In this document: positions 58,740-64,000 of the stretch, in pieces | Layout of the letters: each line of letters starts with the position of its first letter | How positions within the stretch are numbered: the stretch's first letter is position 1 | Made by a program: the position numbers and the translations under genes | Source of the DNA: Camelus dromedarius | Lineage: Eukaryota | Direction: 5' to 3' | Assembly (NCBI RefSeq): GCF_036321535.1 | Contig: NC_087436.1 | Location: forward strand, 104,594,001-104,658,000 | Length of the DNA stretch: 64,000 bases | Notes under the pieces: generated by a model | The model's input: the letters and a program-made list of their open reading frames with translations, nothing else | Database searches by the model: none | What the model was told of the DNA's origin: nothing

Positions 58740-59630
58740 ACCAAAATCCATGAACAAGTCATTAAAAGGATCTTTGGCTCTAGCTCCAAAATATAGTCAA
58801 AATCTGTGCTTTTTTCTCCAGCTCCACTGTTACCACTACCTGCTACTCTTTTCTAGAATTCTCCTAAATGGACTTCCTGCCTCCTTTCTTGACCTTCCAC
58901 AATCCATTCTCCATGGAACAGCCAGGATGTTCTGGCTTTTTTCAATTCATCTTGATACCTTCCACCAAGGCTACTGCACTGTGCCCTGCAAATAGATGTT
59001 CAGTCAGTATCTACTTGTACATAGTAAATTAGATTCTGTAATTCCTCTGTCTAAAAGCCTGGAGGAGTGGTTTCCCTTTGCACTTAGAATAAAGCATACA
59101 ATTCTTTTCCAAGAAACCTGGAGTTCTGGAAGATATAGCTCCTCTTCACCTCTTTGACCTCATGTCTTTCCACTCTTGCCCTCACTCAGTGGGCTCTAGA
59201 CCTCTGGTTTTCTTTCAATTGCTTATACACACCAGGCTCATTTCTGTCTTGACATCCTTGGACTTCATCCTTCCTTGTTTGGAACATTCAGGCCAGCACC
59301 TTTTTGTGACTGCCACTTCTGTATTATTCACTTCTCAGCTCAAACTTCATGTCCTCAGAAAGCTTTTCTTTGACACCCTCTCTGAAGGAGTGACTCTCCC
59401 CAAGTCAATTTCAAATCCTCAAGTCAATTCCTCAATCCTCACAGCAGGTATCAGTACTAGAAATTGTCTTACTTGTTTTTGTTGTCATGGTGATAGTCTA
59501 TCTTCCCCTTGAGAATATAAACACCATGGAAGCAGGGATGTTGATTGTACTATTTTCCAGCACCTGGAACAGCACTTGACATGTAGAAAGTATTAAGTGC
59601 TCAATAAATGTTGAATGAATGAAAGAATAA
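58740..59630 (+). mobile_element. L2 3' end
   Basis: CAATCCATTCTCCATGGAACAGCCAGG...CAGCACCTGGAACAGCACTTGACATGTAG...GTGCTCAATAAATGTTGAATGAATGAA terminus. Confidence 0.85.
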
Positions 59631-60714
59631 TTGAATTAAAAGAATAACTTGAATTAAGAAATAATGAATGCCTGCAAAGGTAATAAACAAAATGTGTGGG
59701 CATGGGTGCACATTAAGAGGAAGATCTGAAATAATTATAATAATAATGGTAATAATTAATAAATAAATAAAATAAAAATTATGAAAATATCAGATGTGAT
59801 TGGTCCCTAGGAGCAGTCTTTGCTTTCATCTTGTTCCCATAAAATAGCACTTAGCTCTTTGTCACATCCTCTCAAAACCAAAAAAAGTTGAATTTCAGAA
59901 CGTATTAGTAGGTAGTAGTAAACTATGTGCCAGGCCAGTTATAAGCCTTTTACGTGTATTAATACATTTAATTCTCACAAAAACTTTATGAGGTAGGTGC
60001 TATTATTATTTTTGTTTTACAGATAAGGAAATCAAAGCATGAAGATGTTAGATTAAATCACACAGCCCATGGTGTGTGTGGGCCCAGGAGCTGAAATGTG
60101 GCGTCTGGCTCCAGGATCTGGGTTCTTAATCCCTACACTAAGGGAAAAGCTGGTGAAGGCACAAGAGAGAAATACGTGGTGGAGAACATTGTATCACACA
60201 GTACAAAGCACAACAATAGAAATCTCCATTAAACATCTCAGTTCTTCTGGCAATGTTTCTTTTCAGCTAATATGCTCTGTTGTCCTCAATCTCCCTCAAA
60301 CAGACCCTGTAGCTTTATGGACACCAGCATTTCTGGCCTGTCCAGAATTCTCTTTTTCTCCCCTCTCCACTCTGTCTCTTCCTTAAATTATGCTAGCTGG
60401 CTCTCAAAAGCCTTCTCCCAACTTGCACAATAAACATCCATCATCTTACTTAGCATGGATGCTCAGAGGGTCATCCTCTTTAGAACCCAGTGGGGAATAA
60501 GAAATGACTTTTCCTGCCACAAATATAGTTTTCTTTTTGTCATATTAATAATATTGATATTAAAATATTAGCATTTGGGGTGGCGGTTGTGAGATTTAGT
60601 AAGATTTCTCTTTCTAGTTATTTTCTTCCTCTACAAGAAGAAAGCATGGTAATACCAATTAAATACATTAAATACATATACAAAATCTGCTTACCCTTCT
60701 ACTGGCTTTATCTT

Positions 60715-60815
60715 TTTTAAAAATTGAAATAGATTTAACATATAGTGTGTAAATTTCAGGTGTACAATGTGTCGATTTGATACATTTATATATTGTTATA
60801 TGTTTGCCATTGTAG
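60715..60815 (-). mobile_element. Short L1 3' terminus
   Basis: TTGAAATAGATTTAACATATAGTGTGTAAATTTCAGGTGTACAATGTGTCGATTTGATACATTTATATA. Confidence 0.75.
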
Positions 60816-61959
60816 CTGGCTTTGTCTTTAATTGTGCCTGGTAACAAAGGTAGCCCATAAAGTAAAGATGAAAATATAAATTCAAAATAGAAAAGAAAGA
60901 AGCTGCCTGCAGAAATAATATAGCCCAATGGACATTAACTATGCAAAAAGATGCTTGATAATGCTGACCCTCAGGCGGCAGGGATAGTGAAGGGCTGGCG
61001 TGTGCTCCTTATCTCTGCAATACTTTAAGTGATGGAGATCTGTCTCCCCAGCCCATATAAATTGAGGAATACTTATCCTTTTGGGAAATAAGCTGTATTT
61101 GGTAACTCCCTCGACTCTCCCCTTTTCGCTTGGTGGCCAGGCTTATCCCTGGGCATGGCCATAGATCTCTCTGCTGTAGGTGTGACCGAGAACCAGAATG
61201 ACCTGCTCTGGGTGACCCTGGCCCCAGGGGAGCCCAGAAGGGATCAAACCCTTTGTTGAGGACCTTATATCCAAGCTTCAACTCATAGGATATGGGCTAG
61301 AAGTGAGAGTATTGTATTGCATTTTAGGTGAAGGCATCGAGCTGCAATATTTTGCTTAATAAGTTGGGTGATTTAGCCCATATGAGCACACTGGGTTTCC
61401 AGGAAACAACAAGAACAAAGCAAAATAATCACACGTAGAAATGTTTGAGAATGGAATCACTTTCATAGAATGTTAACACTGGAAGGCCCTTAAAGGTCCT
61501 CGTCTAGTTTGCTAATCAAATGCAGCAGCAGCTGAAGTCTGGAAGCTGACTTGCTGAAGCCAGCTAGCGCAAACTAAGTGTCACAACTCCCAGCACAGGG
61601 CTCCTTGCACCACGTGGTGCCACCTGTCCTTAAAGCTTGATTCTGTCCGATTTCAAGCAGAGGCATGTGGACAAACATAGTAGCGGAAGTCACACATCTG
61701 TCTGAAGATGGTGGCCACTTGTAAAAAGCTGAGGCAACCTAGAGCTTGACTGGAAAGTATAAATGTGATAGTCTAACACTTCTCTTGACCTTGTGACCTC
61801 ATTTACCAAATGTCCTGTTACTCTTACTTCCTTTGGAGACACTCGGTTACAAGAGATATCTGTACCTGTTGTTTGCTCTCGTTTTTACTGCCTCTGACTA
61901 AGTAAAATTTCCTGGCTAGAAATCTCTTTAACCGTGTCATTCAGCTTCTATTTCCACCA

Positions 61960-62280
61960 CTTTGCTAAAACCACTTTGGCAAAGGTCATCAATGACTTCA
62001 CGTTACCCAAGCTGATGGAAGATTTCCACATCTTCCCTTTTCTTTCTAGAACTCTCTGTGACATTTGACACTGTGGGCCTTTTCCTGTGCCTTGAAGTAG
62101 TTCTCCCTTGTTTTCTGTGAGGCCCCATCTTCTTTCTCTCCTCCTGCCTCTTTGAGCATTTCCTTTCAGTCTTTTTTAGGGGGCAGCTTCTACCCACCTG
62201 AAATTTTTGTTCTCCCCAGAGTTGTTCTTGTTTTATTATTTCACATAGTCCCTTGGAGATATCTCCTCCAAGCTCAATGT
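61960..62280 (+). mobile_element. L2 ORF2 fragment
   Basis: CTTTGGCAAAGGTCATCAATGACTTCACG...CTCTCTGTGACATTTGACACTGTGGGCC. Confidence 0.7.
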
Positions 62281-62293
62281 TTTAACCTTTATC

Positions 62294-63655
62294 TGTTTTG
62301 GTTACGTTGCTACAACAAACTGCCTGAAACTTGGTGGTTTAAAGCAACAAAGTATTATCGCCACAGTCCTGTGGGTTAACTGAATGATTCCTTCTGCTTT
62401 TTGTAGTATTGGCTAGGATGCTGAGGGGATCATAGTCCCAAATTGGCTTCACTCACATGGCTGGCACTTGGTGTTGGCCACTGACTGGGAGCTCAACTAG
62501 GGCTGACTGTTGAGGGTCTGGGTGTTCTTCTATAGAGTCCTTGCCTCATGGCTGTTGAGCTTCCTTACAGATGGTGGCTGTGTTCCCAAAGGAAAGAGCT
62601 GGAAGCTGCCAGTTCTCTTAAAATGGAGATTCAAAAATCCCAGATATTTTTTCTGCTGCATCTTATTGACCAAAGCATTCACAAGGCCAGCCCAGGGCAA
62701 ATAAGTTTCATTTCTTGATGGGAGAGTATGATGAAGATTCTCTCATTGACTAAATTCTACTCAGACCTCCCTGAGCCCTCTTCCAACTAGACCTGACTTT
62801 GTGTTAATCTGCATTGTCCAATTTTAACAATAATCTTGTTAAGTTGGTTTAGCCAGAATCTCCCATCCTCTATATCTTGATTACCCTCAATGTCTAATTG
62901 GGTTCCTTGTTTTCCACTATCCCTCAGATGATGTCTGGTCATCCTGGCTTGTTTTCAGCAAGAATCCTGCAGGTCAGTTTAGCCAGAATTCTCTCTTACT
63001 CCTGATATTTCCTTGTTATAATTTTTTTATCCACCAACCCCACCCTGTTCCTTGGCTGTAAATTCCCACTTGCCATGCCATATTCGGAATTGAGCCTGAG
63101 TCTGTATTGAGGTTCTTTTCCCCCTAAGGTGGTAGTCCTGAATAAAATGTTTTCACTATTCTAACTACTTTCCAGCTATAACAAGTAGCCTGTACCTTCA
63201 AAGAGAGAAGGAATTGATGGTGGACATATTTAGAGATTATTTACCATGGTTGACTCTCTGACCACAATTTAACAATACTCCTGTGTGCAAAATGCACTTG
63301 CCTCCTCCTTAAAATTCTCATTCCATTATGGCATTGTCTTAAAGTCCAGAATATCATCATTTAAATCAGGTATAAATGAAGAAAGAGCATCTCTAGTCTG
63401 TTCCTTGAATTTTGCTTTTCAGCTGCGATATCTTGGGTGTGGAGATTTATGAGACATAAAAGCATCCTATCCTACATGCTAACACACAATTGTGAAAAAA
63501 GGACAGAACAAAGCAGTAAATGTTCCCACTCAAAAAATGGCTAGAACAGAAGGCACGTAACTACCCCATTCCTCAGCAATTCTGAAATCCAAATGGGCAC
63601 ATGTGGACATTTTCTCTGACTTCAAGGGTAGAGACTGTTCCTTGGTTAAGAGTTC
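62294..63655 (-). mobile_element. MLT1F/G-like MaLR LTR (62294-62728 and 63188-63245) with adjoining MLT internal sequence
   Basis: TGTTTTGGTTACGTTGCTACAACAAACTGCCTGAAACTTGGTGGTTTAAAGCAACAA, interrupted by MER31. 63250-63655 resembles the MaLR internal 3' part. Confidence 0.75.
62729..63183 (+). mobile_element. MER31-like ERV1 solo LTR nested in an MLT1
   Basis: TGATGAAGATTCTCTC...internal repeat GTTTAGCCAGAAT twice...AATAAA...ATAACA. 4-bp TSD AGTA at 62725-62728 and 63184-63187. Confidence 0.88.
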
Positions 63656-63664
63656 ATTTCTCGT

Positions 63665-63970
63665 AGACTCACAGACATAGAAAACAAACTGTGGTTACCA
63701 GGGGAGAAGGGGTGGAGGGATAGATTAGGAGTTTGGGATTAACAGATACACATTACTATATATAAAATAGATAAACAACAAGGACGTATTGTATAGCACA
63801 GAGAACTATATTCAGTTTCTTGTAATAAGCAGTAATAGAAAAGAATCTGGAAAAAATATATATATATGTATGTGTATATATATATATATATATATAACTG
63901 AATTACTTTGCTGTACACCTGAAACTAACATTGTTAATCGACTACACTTCAATTAAAAAAATAAGAATTA
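63665..63970 (+). mobile_element. L1 3' end (artiodactyl type) with internal (TA)n
   Basis: AGACTCACAGACATAGAAAACAAACTGTGGTTACCAGGGG...GTATAGCACAGAGAACTATATTCAG...ACACCTGAAACTAACATTG...TTCAATTAAAAAA. Confidence 0.92.
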
Positions 63971-64000
63971 AAGAAGTAGAGATAATAAAAGAGGTTAAAT

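Noticed and set aside
58425-58757. 110-aa ORF as a host gene
   Set aside because: It is decayed L1 ORF1 N-terminal sequence.
1-64000. CRISPR arrays, prokaryotic operons, rRNA/snRNA/7SL copies, numts, processed pseudogenes
   Set aside because: None seen by eye. The DNA is mammalian, with no regularly spaced repeats or recognisable RNA-gene sequence. An Infernal/BLAST search would be needed to exclude highly diverged copies.

Overview
Mammalian, almost certainly camelid (Camelus/Vicugna/Lama), non-coding genomic DNA. The taxon call rests on three copies of the tRNA-derived camelid SINE Vic-1 and camelid/artiodactyl-type L1 3' ends; I saw no CHR, Bov-tA or PRE SINEs. The window is a mosaic of old eutherian repeats (MIR, L2, MaLR MLT1, ERVL LTR16/LTR33-like, MER31, MER5/MER58/MER96-like hAT elements), L1 fragments, microsatellites and three N gaps in or beside L1s. 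The only recognisable protein-coding homology comes from retroelements. It comprises a defective class I (gamma-like) ERV on the minus strand (about 25123-27460: 3' LTR, PPT, env-TM remnant, RNaseH-integrase remnant) and L1 ORF1/ORF2 debris. I could not recognise any host gene exon, and the ORF track is otherwise noise. The best leads are: the CpG-rich NRF1/SP1 promoter-like ERV LTR with an internal splice donor; a 9-nt microexon candidate (55548-55556); a strong 3' splice site followed by a short hydrophobic open frame (1279-1433); and a dense PBX/MEIS (TALE) motif cluster (48433-48581). All are hypotheses. Nothing here demonstrates a new biological system. Repeat subfamily names come from memory of consensus sequences, and boundaries without a stated TSD are approximate.
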